The notes: generated by a model not told the origin, from the letters alone. A stretch of 64,000 nt of DNA from Bacteroidales bacterium (GCA_003557385.1 PWON01000093.1:4273-68272), one strand, 5' to 3'; counted from the stretch's first letter, positions 28,101 to 37,127 are shown. Program-made: numbers and translations.

Positions 28101-28492
28101 AGACCTTTGTGTTCAAATTGTTTCAAATAATCCCTGATCTTTTTGATTTCTTCGCCAGATACCTCATCATTGTCAAGGGCACCGATTACGAGGCGGCTGG
28201 TTGACCCCTTGAACAATCCATGGATCATTTTTCCAAGAAATTGCTGCTGGGTTTGTTCGCGGCTGACCAGGGGCATGTAGATGTGTGTGCGGCTGCTGGT
28301 ATCGCGCGACAGCATGCCTTTTTCTGTCATGATCTGCATGGTTTTTAACGTGGTGGTGTAGCCAATGTCTTTTGTGTTTTCAAGCACCTCATGCACCTGT
28401 CTGACAGTTGCTTCTTTTTTTTCCCACAATACCTGCAGTATTTCCAGTTCACTCTCTGTAGGTTGGAACGGCTTTTCCTTTTTCATTGGCAT
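28097..28492 (-). CDS. BlaI/MecI/CopY family transcriptional repressor
   Basis: 132 aa from the ATG at 28492, with winged-helix N-terminus TESELEILQVLWEKKEATVRQVHEVL. It overlaps the M56 gene by ATGA. The upstream in-frame extension to 28627 would run through the promoter and operators. Confidence 0.9.
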   Translation of the reverse strand: MPMKKEKPFQPTESELEILQVLWEKKEATVRQVHEVLENTKDIGYTTTLKTMQIMTEKGMLSRDTSSRTHIYMPLVSREQTQQQFLGKMIHGLFKGSTSRLVIGALDNDEVSGEEIKKIRDYLKQFEHKGL

Positions 28493-28510
28493 GTGCTTTA
28501 GGATCAGAAG

Positions 28511-28526
28511 TACGATAAATTTCGTA
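28511..28526. promoter_or_regulatory. Operator candidate 1: TACGA-N6-TCGTA dyad
   Basis: TACGATAAATTTCGTA in the divergent blaI-like / yjbQ spacer. Confidence 0.6.
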
Positions 28527-28527
28527 G

Positions 28528-28535
28528 CAAATATA
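28528..28535 (-). promoter_or_regulatory. Candidate -7 box (TATATTTG on the minus strand) for the blaI-blaR1-like operon
   Basis: CAAATATA on the + strand, 36 nt upstream of the ATG at 28492 and exactly between the two dyads. Confidence 0.5.
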
Positions 28536-28536
28536 A

Positions 28537-28552
28537 TACGAAGATTTTCGTA
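28537..28552. promoter_or_regulatory. Operator candidate 2: TACGA-N6-TCGTA dyad
   Basis: TACGAAGATTTTCGTA has the same arms as dyad 1, 26 bp start to start. Confidence 0.6.
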
Positions 28553-28602
28553 ATGCAAATTTTTTAAGAATTTTTTTAAAAAAATTGTACTTTGGGCAAA
28601 AA

Positions 28603-29013
28603 ATGATGCAGCAATATACCATATCACTACCTCCTTACCGGCGTGGTTTCCATCTGATCACAAACCATATCCTTGATGCCATCGGTCAATTGCCCGAAAA
28701 AGGCCTGGTGCATATATTTATCCACCATACTTCGGCCGGATTGATGATCAATGAAAATGCCGATCCTTCGGTTCAAAAGGATCTGCACAGCAGTTTTGAA
28801 CACCTGGCTCCGGAGCGCATGTCCTATTACACACATGTAATGGAAGGGGATGACGATATGCCCGCCCACATCAAATCAGCCCTGACAGGGGTGTCACTGA
28901 CCATCCCCGTTTCAGAAGGCCGGCTAAAGCTTGGCACATGGCAGGGGATCTTTCTGGGCGAATTTCGCGACCGTGGTGGCAGCCGTAATCTTACCATTAC
29001 TGTGTTTGGATAG
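28603..29013 (+). CDS. YjbQ/UPF0047 family protein (secondary thiamine-phosphate synthase-like)
   Basis: About 136 aa with the HTSAGLMINENADPSVQKDL motif typical of UPF0047. ATG at 28603. Confidence 0.8.
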   Translation: MMQQYTISLPPYRRGFHLITNHILDAIGQLPEKGLVHIFIHHTSAGLMINENADPSVQKDLHSSFEHLAPERMSYYTHVMEGDDDMPAHIKSALTGVSLTIPVSEGRLKLGTWQGIFLGEFRDRGGSRNLTITVFG

Positions 29014-29095
29014 CAGGCAGGGTTAAACATTGTGATTCTTCTGTTGTTTTATTTACATACAACCATACGTATGGATTAATGGATTTGTAAGGATT

Positions 29096-31222
29096 ATGTC
29101 TGATCAGTTTTTCAAGCCTGTTGCTTATCACGTTGAGGGAATGAGTTGTACGAATTGTGCCCTCGGTATCCGGCGGACCCTTGAAAAAGAAGGGTTTCAT
29201 AATGTAAGCGCCGATTTTACGACGGGGGAGGTGCGTTTTGATGTTGCCGACGAAAGCCGTTTGCCCCTGGCTGTTAAACGCATAGAGTCACTCGGGTATC
29301 AAGTGAAGGATGTTATCGAAACCGGGCAGGTCAGCAAAAAAGGGCTGGCTCCCATTGAAAAAAAATTCTGGTTTACCGCAGTGTTTACCATTCCGCTGAT
29401 CCTGCATATGTTTTTACCTGTGGGTATTTTACACAACGATCTTTTCCAGCTTGCCCTGACCATACCTGTATTTGTTGTCGGTTTTTTGCATTTTGGCCGC
29501 AGTGCCTGGAGTTCACTCAGATCGGGTGTGGCCAACATGGATGTGCTGATCTTCCTTGGCAGCACGGCTGCTTTTGTGTACAGTTTGATCGGTACGATTT
29601 ACGGGCTTGGCCACGACTATATGTTTTATGAAACTTCCGCCAGCATCATTTCCATTGTATTGCTTGGCAATATGATGGAGCACCGTTCAGTGCGAAAGAC
29701 CACATCGGCCATTGACGACCTTGTGCGTTTGCAGAAGAATACGGCCAGGCGCCTGGTTGTCGAGATGAACGAAGGGCAGGAAACCGTTGAAGAGATAGAT
29801 GCTTCACTGGTAGAGAGCGGGGAACGTGTCCTGATCAATACCGGTGATAAGATCCCTGTGGATGGAGAAATTTACTGGGGAGCAGGCAGTGTGGATGAAA
29901 GCCTGATTTCAGGTGAGAGCGTTCCTGTGGACAAACAAAAAGGAGACAAGGTGGTGGGAGGTACCCTGCTTGTTTCCGGCACATTGCGTGTAAAGGCCAC
30001 GGCCACAGGAAAGGATACGGTGCTGTCGCAAATCATTGAGCTGGTCAGGAATGCCCGGAAAGACAAACCCCGGTTGCAGAACCTTGCCGACAAGATCAGC
30101 ATGGTATTTGTACCCACGGTAGTAATACTTGCAATACTCACCATAGCCTTCTGGTATTTTGGCACAGACCTTCCTTTTCGTGACTCCCTGATGCGCGGCA
30201 TTGCCGTGCTGGTGATTGCCTGCCCTTGCGCCCTCGGTTTGGCTATTCCAACGGCTGTTTCGGTAGGGCTTGGGCGTTTTGCAAAAAATGGCATCCTGAT
30301 CAAAGGAGGAACAGCCATTGATAAATTTTCGGCCATTGACACCGTGGTGTTTGATAAAACAGGCACACTGACTACCGGTACCTTCCGCATAAGAAATCCA
30401 GAATGTTTTGGAAAATCTGAGGAGGAGGTACGCAGCCTGCTGTACAATATGGAAAAGCATTCCAATCATCCCATCGCCCGGGCCATCACACGCTATTTTA
30501 AGGGGGCGGGACAAATTCATTTTGAAAGGGTAGAGGAACAGAAAGGCCTTGGTATCGAGGCCGTAGATAAAGAAGGTAATGTGTTTTTTGCGGGCTCATA
30601 CAATGTGGCTTCCCATCTGACCACAGACGACAGCCATCAAGTTTACCTGCTGATGAATGACAAGCTCATTGCCTGGCTCGATCTCGAAGATGAAATCAAG
30701 CCCGGGGCGGCAGAACTGATATCTTTCCTGAAAGAAAAAGGACTGAAGACGGTACTGCTCAGCGGTGACCGTCAATCGCGCTGCGATTCCATTGCATCAG
30801 AACTCGGAATAGAAGAAGTGTATGCCGAAAAACTTCCTGACCAGAAACTGCAGGTGATCGAAGACTTGTCGGGCGCGGGAAAAGTTGCCATGGTTGGTGA
30901 TGGGATCAACGATGCACCGGCTCTGGCCAAAGCATATGTAGGAGTAAGCATGAGCGATGCAACCCAGGTAGCCGTGAAGTCGGCAGAGGTGATCCTGCTC
31001 AAGGGAGATCTGTCATTGCTTTCAAAAACATTTGGTGCCACCCGGACCACATTGCGGACCGTTAAAGAAAACCTTTTCTGGGCCTTCTTTTACAATGTCT
31101 CCGCCATACCTCTTGCCATGATCGGAATGCTTACACCCATTGTGGCGGCTTTTGCCATGGCCGCATCTGATGTGATCGTGGTATTGAACTCACTGCGTTT
31201 GAAAACCCGGAAGCTGAGGTAA
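29096..31222 (+). CDS. copA: Heavy-metal (Cu+-type) translocating P1B-type ATPase
   Basis: 708 aa with N-terminal HMA domain GMSCTNC, TM CPC motif (IACPCALG), FDKTGTLT, SNHPIA and GDGINDAP. Confidence 0.9.
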   Translation: MSDQFFKPVAYHVEGMSCTNCALGIRRTLEKEGFHNVSADFTTGEVRFDVADESRLPLAVKRIESLGYQVKDVIETGQVSKKGLAPIEKKFWFTAVFTIPLILHMFLPVGILHNDLFQLALTIPVFVVGFLHFGRSAWSSLRSGVANMDVLIFLGSTAAFVYSLIGTIYGLGHDYMFYETSASIISIVLLGNMMEHRSVRKTTSAIDDLVRLQKNTARRLVVEMNEGQETVEEIDASLVESGERVLINTGDKIPVDGEIYWGAGSVDESLISGESVPVDKQKGDKVVGGTLLVSGTLRVKATATGKDTVLSQIIELVRNARKDKPRLQNLADKISMVFVPTVVILAILTIAFWYFGTDLPFRDSLMRGIAVLVIACPCALGLAIPTAVSVGLGRFAKNGILIKGGTAIDKFSAIDTVVFDKTGTLTTGTFRIRNPECFGKSEEEVRSLLYNMEKHSNHPIARAITRYFKGAGQIHFERVEEQKGLGIEAVDKEGNVFFAGSYNVASHLTTDDSHQVYLLMNDKLIAWLDLEDEIKPGAAELISFLKEKGLKTVLLSGDRQSRCDSIASELGIEEVYAEKLPDQKLQVIEDLSGAGKVAMVGDGINDAPALAKAYVGVSMSDATQVAVKSAEVILLKGDLSLLSKTFGATRTTLRTVKENLFWAFFYNVSAIPLAMIGMLTPIVAAFAMAASDVIVVLNSLRLKTRKLR

Positions 31223-31317
31223 TCCTTCACCGGCATCAACCGGATATATGGCTCTGCTGTTAAGCCTTTACCATCCGGATCTGCATCTTCCCCCAAAAAA
31301 ATAAAATGTAACAGGGG

Positions 31318-33153
31318 TTAACCGTTCATAGACATCAGGAACTCTTCGTTGTCCTGGGTGTGCTTAATACGATCCAATAAAAACTCCATGGCTTCCAGTG
31401 AGGTCATGTCGGCAATAAACTTGCGGAGCACCCAGATTCTGTTCATCATGTCTTTATGCAGCAAGAGGTCTTCCCGGCGTGTCCCTGAAGCTACAATATC
31501 GATGGAAGGGAATATGCGCTTATTCGATAGTTTGCGGTCAAGTTGAAGTTCCATGTTTCCTGTTCCTTTAAACTCTTCAAAGATCACCTCATCCATCTTA
31601 GACCCTGTGTCTATCAAAGCAGTGGCAATGATGGACAAAGATCCCCCGTCTTCGATATTCCGGGCAGCGCCAAAAAAGCGTTTTGGTTTGTGCAGGGCAT
31701 TGGCATCCACACCTCCCGACAATACTTTCCCGGAGGCTGGTGATACGGTGTTGAATGCCCTGGAAAGCCGGGTAATGCTATCCAGCAGGATCACTACGTC
31801 ATGCCCGCATTCCACCATGCGCTTGGCTTTTTCCAGTACAATATTGGATACCTTCACATGTCGCTCTGCAGGTTCATCAAATGTTGAAGAGACCACTTCG
31901 CCCTTTACGTTGCGGGCCATTTCCGTTACCTCCTCGGGCCTTTCATCTATGAGCAGTACGATCAGGTAAACTTCAGGATGGTTTGCCGCGATGGCATTGG
32001 CAATTTCCTGCAGCAGGATTGTTTTCCCGGTTTTTGGCTGTGCCACGATCAATCCGCGCTGACCTTTGCCAATGGGTGCAAACATATCAATAATCCTTGT
32101 GGACAGGGTTTCCCCTTTGTGTCCGGTGATCTGAAACTTTTCATCAGGGAACAGCGGGGTGAGAAAATCAAATGGCACCCTGTCGCGGACCTCAGCAGGG
32201 ATGCGGCCATTGATCTGTTCCACTTTGATCAGCGGAAAATACTTTTCATTTTCCTTGGGTGGACGGATGCCTCCTTTGACAGTATCTCCGGTTTTCAGGC
32301 CAAACAACTTGATCTGGCTTTGTGAAACATATATATCATCCGGTGAGTTCAGGTAGTTATAATCCGATGACCTCAGGAACCCATAACCATCGGGCATGAT
32401 CTCAATGACCCCCTCAGCGATTATAATGCCGTCAAATTCATATACCGGTTCTCCGGTGCGCTTGTCAAAACCTTTGGGACGCTGATAGGGCTCCCTTTCT
32501 TTGTCCTTGATTTTGGCGGGTTGGTCGGTATGTTTGTCCTTGTGGAGTTCTTCAGCAGTGACAGTATCAGTTTTTTCCGGAAAATCGGCCGGAGAAGGCT
32601 TTTGCTGCGGACGCTCCTGCTTGTCGGAGAAGTGTTGTTTTTTACCCTTTTCATGTTGTTTATCACGAACCACTGCGTCGTCTGGCCTTGTGGCCTTTTG
32701 CGCTTGCTGTTTGTCTTTTTGCTGATCTGCTTCCCCCCTTGATTCAGCAGCCTGACGTTGCTCCTTTTTACTTCGGCGACCCCTCTTTTTTTGGGTTTCC
32801 TTTTCCCTGGTTTTGTCTTGTTTTGGGGCCTGGGTTTGTTCTTTTTGCTCCGGTTTATCTGGTTGGGTCACCTTGGATTCTTCAGGTTTTTTTATGTTTT
32901 CTGATTTTTCGATGGCCTTGTTTTCAACAGAACTTCCGGCAGGAATTCGCTTGCGCGGACGACCAGGTCTGCGAGCGGATCTCTGTTCAGGCCTGCTCTC
33001 TTTCACTGGAGAGGGTTTTAAAGCCTGGGCATCAAGTATCTTATAAATAAGGTCTTGCTTTTTATATGAATCTACTTTTTTTATATCTAAGCCCCTGGCA
33101 ATGTCTTTTAATTCGGCAAGAAGCTTGTTGTTCAATTCTACAATGTCGTACAT
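31318..33153 (-). CDS. rho: Transcription termination factor Rho with ~190-aa K/Q/E/R-rich insertion after the N-terminal helical domain
   Basis: 611 aa. The Rho_N-like start is [22 protein letters not shown] and the RNA-binding domain is [15 protein letters not shown]. Walker A is [12 protein letters not shown], with a conserved C-terminal half. Confidence 0.95.
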   Translation of the reverse strand: MYDIVELNNKLLAELKDIARGLDIKKVDSYKKQDLIYKILDAQALKPSPVKESRPEQRSARRPGRPRKRIPAGSSVENKAIEKSENIKKPEESKVTQPDKPEQKEQTQAPKQDKTREKETQKKRGRRSKKEQRQAAESRGEADQQKDKQQAQKATRPDDAVVRDKQHEKGKKQHFSDKQERPQQKPSPADFPEKTDTVTAEELHKDKHTDQPAKIKDKEREPYQRPKGFDKRTGEPVYEFDGIIIAEGVIEIMPDGYGFLRSSDYNYLNSPDDIYVSQSQIKLFGLKTGDTVKGGIRPPKENEKYFPLIKVEQINGRIPAEVRDRVPFDFLTPLFPDEKFQITGHKGETLSTRIIDMFAPIGKGQRGLIVAQPKTGKTILLQEIANAIAANHPEVYLIVLLIDERPEEVTEMARNVKGEVVSSTFDEPAERHVKVSNIVLEKAKRMVECGHDVVILLDSITRLSRAFNTVSPASGKVLSGGVDANALHKPKRFFGAARNIEDGGSLSIIATALIDTGSKMDEVIFEEFKGTGNMELQLDRKLSNKRIFPSIDIVASGTRREDLLLHKDMMNRIWVLRKFIADMTSLEAMEFLLDRIKHTQDNEEFLMSMNG

Positions 33154-33359
33154 GGGATGAATGATAATTTGGATCAGAAATAAAATAGTTTATTGAATTA
33201 GTGGGCCATTGCATTACGTATGAAAGGATCAACGGACCTGCTTTCTGGTGATTGGCGGGATTGATTTTACCAAAGCACCAACAATGAATGCGATTAAATG
33301 AAACAGTATGGTACAGGTATGTTTGTCAAAGAAAAATATTGAAAAAGCGGAAACTGGTG

Positions 33360-33367
33360 CAAATATA
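33360..33367 (-). promoter_or_regulatory. Candidate -7 box (TATATTTG on the minus strand) for rho
   Basis: CAAATATA on the + strand, about 207 nt upstream of the rho ATG. This implies a long 5' leader. Confidence 0.35.
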
Positions 33368-33442
33368 CAGATTCCTGTTTAAACAAAAAAATTTTTTTTA
33401 ACAGCCATCGCTTGTTTACTGGTTGCTTATGGCTTTTTTGTG

Positions 33443-33450
33443 TAAATTTG
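33443..33450 (+). promoter_or_regulatory. Candidate -7 box TAAATTTG for the DUF4293-like gene
   Basis: TAnnTTTG match 29 nt upstream of the ATG at 33479. Confidence 0.45.
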
Positions 33451-33478
33451 AAATGTTATAAACCAATGATCAAAAATC

Positions 33479-33949
33479 ATGCTACAACGTATTCAAAGCA
33501 TTTATTTATTCCTGGTTTTTGTTTTTGCCATCTTGTTTGTGATGCTTCCCCTGGCACACTTTCCTGCAGAAGCACCCGATATCCCGTTTCGTTTGTCGAA
33601 ATACAATGTGTTTTTTGATGCCCTTGGCATTGTCTCCATTCGATGGCTGGCTTTGCTTTTGCTTGGCTTGTTCGCGTTGGCTGTATTGTTAACCGTGTAT
33701 ACCAGTTTTCAATACAAGAACCGATTATTGCAAATCCGTCTGGGCAAATACAACATGCTGGTACATGCGGCCTTGATTTTGGTGGCATTTTTCCTTACGG
33801 ACAATTTGCGAAACCAGGTGCATGATGCCGGTTTTTCCTATGGTTCGGGTGTGTTCTTCCCGGTTATTTCCCTGATATTTATTTTATTGGCCAACAGGGC
33901 GATCAAAAAGGATGAAGAACTCGTGCGTTCGGCCGACCGCATCCGTTAA
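33479..33949 (+). CDS. DUF4293-like integral membrane protein
   Basis: 156 aa with an MLQRIQSIYLFLVFVF start and four hydrophobic helices. It is divergent from rho, as I recall for this family in Bacteroidota. Confidence 0.65.
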   Translation: MLQRIQSIYLFLVFVFAILFVMLPLAHFPAEAPDIPFRLSKYNVFFDALGIVSIRWLALLLLGLFALAVLLTVYTSFQYKNRLLQIRLGKYNMLVHAALILVAFFLTDNLRNQVHDAGFSYGSGVFFPVISLIFILLANRAIKKDEELVRSADRIR

Positions 33950-35023
33950 TCAGTCTTCCAGTTTTTTGATCACATAGTCTGAGTTAAACAAACGGAGCGC
34001 GCCCATATATTTAAGCTTAAACTTGATAAAATCGCCCACCTTGTATTTTTTCGGGTTCTTTCCGAGGTCAATCACAAGGATGTCGGAACTTGCCCCGGCC
34101 ATTTTAAAGTTTTTATCGGTTGGAATCAGAAAATCCGGGCCGATGTCCAAAAGCCCGACGTCGAGCAAAGCCCGCCAGGATGTTTTTCCATAATTTGAGT
34201 CCTTTATTTCAAACGATTCACCCGAAGGGTTTTCTGCCAGGGTTCCTTCCGGGACTATGGGCTTTTCAAGAAGTTCAATGATCTCAGCCTTGAAGGTGAT
34301 GACATCGTCTTTCATCCCTTTGATGGTTTTGCCGGTAAACAGGTTTGCCCCAAAATACAGGGTTTCCCCTACGCGAAAATGGTTCAGGCCAGGAGGCACC
34401 TGTTTCTTGGCCAGCATAGGTATGGTAACGGAAGTGCCCCCGGACAGCAGCCTGACCTTGCGGTTGAATTTAACTTCCACAATCTGTTTGTACAAACTGA
34501 GCTGGATCAACTTGTCGTGTGTTGGCATAACACCGTACAGGCAATTCAGGTTGGTGCCAAAACCAAGTATTTCAATATTAGGCAAATCAAAAACCCTGGA
34601 ATAGAAGTCGACCAGTTTTTCACCCAGCACCCCCTCGCGCAATTCACCCATCTCCACCATGATGATCACCTCGTGGATCTTGTCTTGTTTCTGGGCTTCG
34701 CGGGATATCAATTTCAGGGTTTCCAGGTCGGAATTCATGCTTACATCGGCGTATTTGACTATGCTTCGTATGCTTCGTCTGGGAGCCGGCTTGATATAGA
34801 TGGTCTTAACCCCCGGATCGATGCGTTTGATGGTGCGAAGGTTGGAGATTCTTGAATCCATTAGCTCCCTGGCGCCCAGGTTAATGATCTCTTTGATGTA
34901 CATTGGGTTGCCGCACAGGAGCTTGGTTACGATCCCCCACTGGATGTTGTGTTGATTGAACAAATTTTCCAGGTAGTCGTAATTGTGCTTCAGCTTCTTG
35001 CGGCTGATTGCTATTTCTGCCAT
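33950..35023 (-). CDS. PLP-dependent amino-acid racemase of the alanine/ornithine racemase (YhfX/Orr-like) family
   Basis: 357 aa with an N-terminal TIM-barrel carrying the PLP-lysine context WGIVTKLLCG, plus a C-terminal beta domain. Confidence 0.7.
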   Translation of the reverse strand: MAEIAISRKKLKHNYDYLENLFNQHNIQWGIVTKLLCGNPMYIKEIINLGARELMDSRISNLRTIKRIDPGVKTIYIKPAPRRSIRSIVKYADVSMNSDLETLKLISREAQKQDKIHEVIIMVEMGELREGVLGEKLVDFYSRVFDLPNIEILGFGTNLNCLYGVMPTHDKLIQLSLYKQIVEVKFNRKVRLLSGGTSVTIPMLAKKQVPPGLNHFRVGETLYFGANLFTGKTIKGMKDDVITFKAEIIELLEKPIVPEGTLAENPSGESFEIKDSNYGKTSWRALLDVGLLDIGPDFLIPTDKNFKMAGASSDILVIDLGKNPKKYKVGDFIKFKLKYMGALRLFNSDYVIKKLED

Positions 35024-35033
35024 GATGTTTTAT

Positions 35034-35471
35034 TTAGCGGGTCCACCGCATTTCCAGGTATTTACTTGTGAATCCCAGCTTTTCATAAAGAAAGCGGGCA
35101 GGGTTTTCGGGCTCTACATGCAGTTTGATGTTCCCTTCTGCCTGATCGAATGTTTTGAGGATCAGTTCCTTGCCCAGCCCCTTGCCCCGGTAATCATTGT
35201 GCACGGCAATGTACACCAGGATGTTTCCGGGGATATAGCCTCCCATTCCGGTTTTGTTAATAACCACCGCACCGGTAATTTTCCCTTCTTCGCGTGATAC
35301 CAGAATAAAACCGCCAAACTTTTCCTTGTCGTCGAGGGCAAAGTTGATGCATTTCGTGATGTGTTCATGTTTATCGCCAAACTGATCGAGGTGCTCAAAC
35401 AAAAAGTCGGCGATCTCTTTTTTTGTTTTTTCCGAAACTTTGTCATTTGGAGTATACAATGCGTAATCCAT
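35034..35471 (-). CDS. GNAT family N-acetyltransferase
   Basis: 145 aa with an acetyl-CoA binding motif context IAVHNDYRGKGLGKELI. The start ATG overlaps the upstream stop (TAATG). Confidence 0.85.
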   Translation of the reverse strand: MDYALYTPNDKVSEKTKKEIADFLFEHLDQFGDKHEHITKCINFALDDKEKFGGFILVSREEGKITGAVVINKTGMGGYIPGNILVYIAVHNDYRGKGLGKELILKTFDQAEGNIKLHVEPENPARFLYEKLGFTSKYLEMRWTR

Positions 35472-36913
35472 TACTTTTTTCTTTGGTTAATGATGGTGAA
35501 GTTAATGATTATAAATGAAATAAGAGACAATGATATGCCAAAAATGTTTGGATCGAGCCCCAGGGGAAGCCCCCATTCGCCAATAATCAGGGTTATGGTG
35601 GTGCCACCACCCAGAAGCATGGACCAAAAGGCAGCAGCAGGACGTGCATTTTTAAAGAACAGGGCCCCGACAACGGGTATAAATAATCCGGATACCATAA
35701 ACGCATAGGAGTGAAGCATGAGCTCCAGCACACTGGGCATCACAGAGGCCAGCATCAGCGCGATGACCCCAAGAATCAATGTAAGGCCCTGGCTAACCAG
35801 CAGGAATGACTTTCTGCCTTCCGGCACATTAAACCACCTGGCAAGAATATCGGTCAGGAAGTTTCCGCTTGATGCCATCAGACAGCTGTCGGCGGTCGAC
35901 ATGATGGCCGAGAAATAGGCCGCCATCATCAATCCCATTAATCCGACCGGCAATACGGTACGCAGCAGCAATGGAAGACCTTGTTCTGCATCTATATCAG
36001 AAGCTGCGGAAAAACCAATGTATTCAAACATCCCCTGTGCGATAGCCACACGTGCAAACAATCCCAGCAGTACGCCCATAAATGCCATGATTGGCCACTC
36101 AAACAATCCGGCAATATACCAGGCTTTCTGGGCTTGCCTTCTGTCGCGCGAAGCATAGATGCGCTGGTAGAGTGTCATCCCCACAAACCATATGGGGATG
36201 ATGGTTACGCCCCAGTTTAGCAATTGTTGCCAGGCAATATTTGTCAGGCTGAAATATTCCGGTGGCAATACCTCCCGGATGCCTGCCATGCCGCCCACAC
36301 TGTAAAAAGCAATGGGGATTCCTATAAAAATCAATCCGGACATCAGAATGATCCACTGGATGGTGTCTGTATAGATCACTGCTTTGATTCCCCCCATGGC
36401 TGTGTATACGATCACAATGATGCCCATAATGATCAGGGCTGTTTGTCTTTCCAAAAGCGGGGTGAACGTGGCTTCTGCAAGTATGGCTCCCGCAAGGATC
36501 TGTGAACTGGTAAACCCCAGGTAGCCTATGGCAGATATAATGCCTGCCAGCATGGCCACGTTGGGACTGTAAAAACTGCCCAGGAACTGGGGGAATGTGT
36601 AAAAAGTCTTTGTTTTTTCCAATTGTTTGACCCGGGGAATGAGCAATACAGCACTCAACCATGCCCCAACCAGGCCCGTAAACAACATCCACGATCCGGC
36701 CAGACCCATGATAAAGCCAAGCCCCCCCAATCCGATCGAAAACCCGCCGCCAACATCTGTGGCAACGACTGACAGGCCAATGTGTACGCTCCCGATTTTC
36801 CGCCCCCCTACATAATAATCGTCAACCCCCTTATTATGGATGAGGAAATAAATGCCGATGCCGATCACCCCCATCATGTATAAGGTGAATACCAGAATGT
36901 CGAGAAAGTGCAT
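35471..36913 (-). CDS. Sodium:solute symporter (SSS) family transporter
   Basis: About 480 aa and highly hydrophobic with about 13 helices. The ATG at 36913 is preferred because a -7 box lies at 36941-36948, inside the longer TTG-initiated ORF. Confidence 0.85.
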   Translation of the reverse strand: MHFLDILVFTLYMMGVIGIGIYFLIHNKGVDDYYVGGRKIGSVHIGLSVVATDVGGGFSIGLGGLGFIMGLAGSWMLFTGLVGAWLSAVLLIPRVKQLEKTKTFYTFPQFLGSFYSPNVAMLAGIISAIGYLGFTSSQILAGAILAEATFTPLLERQTALIIMGIIVIVYTAMGGIKAVIYTDTIQWIILMSGLIFIGIPIAFYSVGGMAGIREVLPPEYFSLTNIAWQQLLNWGVTIIPIWFVGMTLYQRIYASRDRRQAQKAWYIAGLFEWPIMAFMGVLLGLFARVAIAQGMFEYIGFSAASDIDAEQGLPLLLRTVLPVGLMGLMMAAYFSAIMSTADSCLMASSGNFLTDILARWFNVPEGRKSFLLVSQGLTLILGVIALMLASVMPSVLELMLHSYAFMVSGLFIPVVGALFFKNARPAAAFWSMLLGGGTTITLIIGEWGLPLGLDPNIFGISLSLISFIIINFTIINQRKK

Positions 36914-36940
36914 TTGATTGTAAAGTGGGTTTTTATGCGG

Positions 36941-36948
36941 CAAAGTTA
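36941..36948 (-). promoter_or_regulatory. Candidate -7 box (TAACTTTG on the minus strand) for the symporter-GNAT-racemase operon
   Basis: CAAAGTTA on the + strand, 28 nt upstream of the ATG at 36913. Confidence 0.45.
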
Positions 36949-37024
36949 GGAAATATTTCGTCAAGAACAAAATGAGTCATGTAAGGCTTTGTGCGCAAGT
37001 CTTTTATGAGTGTATAAATATGTT

Positions 37025-37032
37025 TAAATTTG
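37025..37032 (+). promoter_or_regulatory. Candidate -7 box TAAATTTG for the radical SAM gene
   Basis: TAnnTTTG match 96 nt upstream of the ATG at 37128. Confidence 0.35.
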
Positions 37033-37127
37033 CACACCGTACATTTAAACCATCGAATGATCTCCGGGGTGCATTTTTAAGGGCCGGTGTGCAGTCCGGG
37101 GGATTTATCACTAAACTACAATAACGG

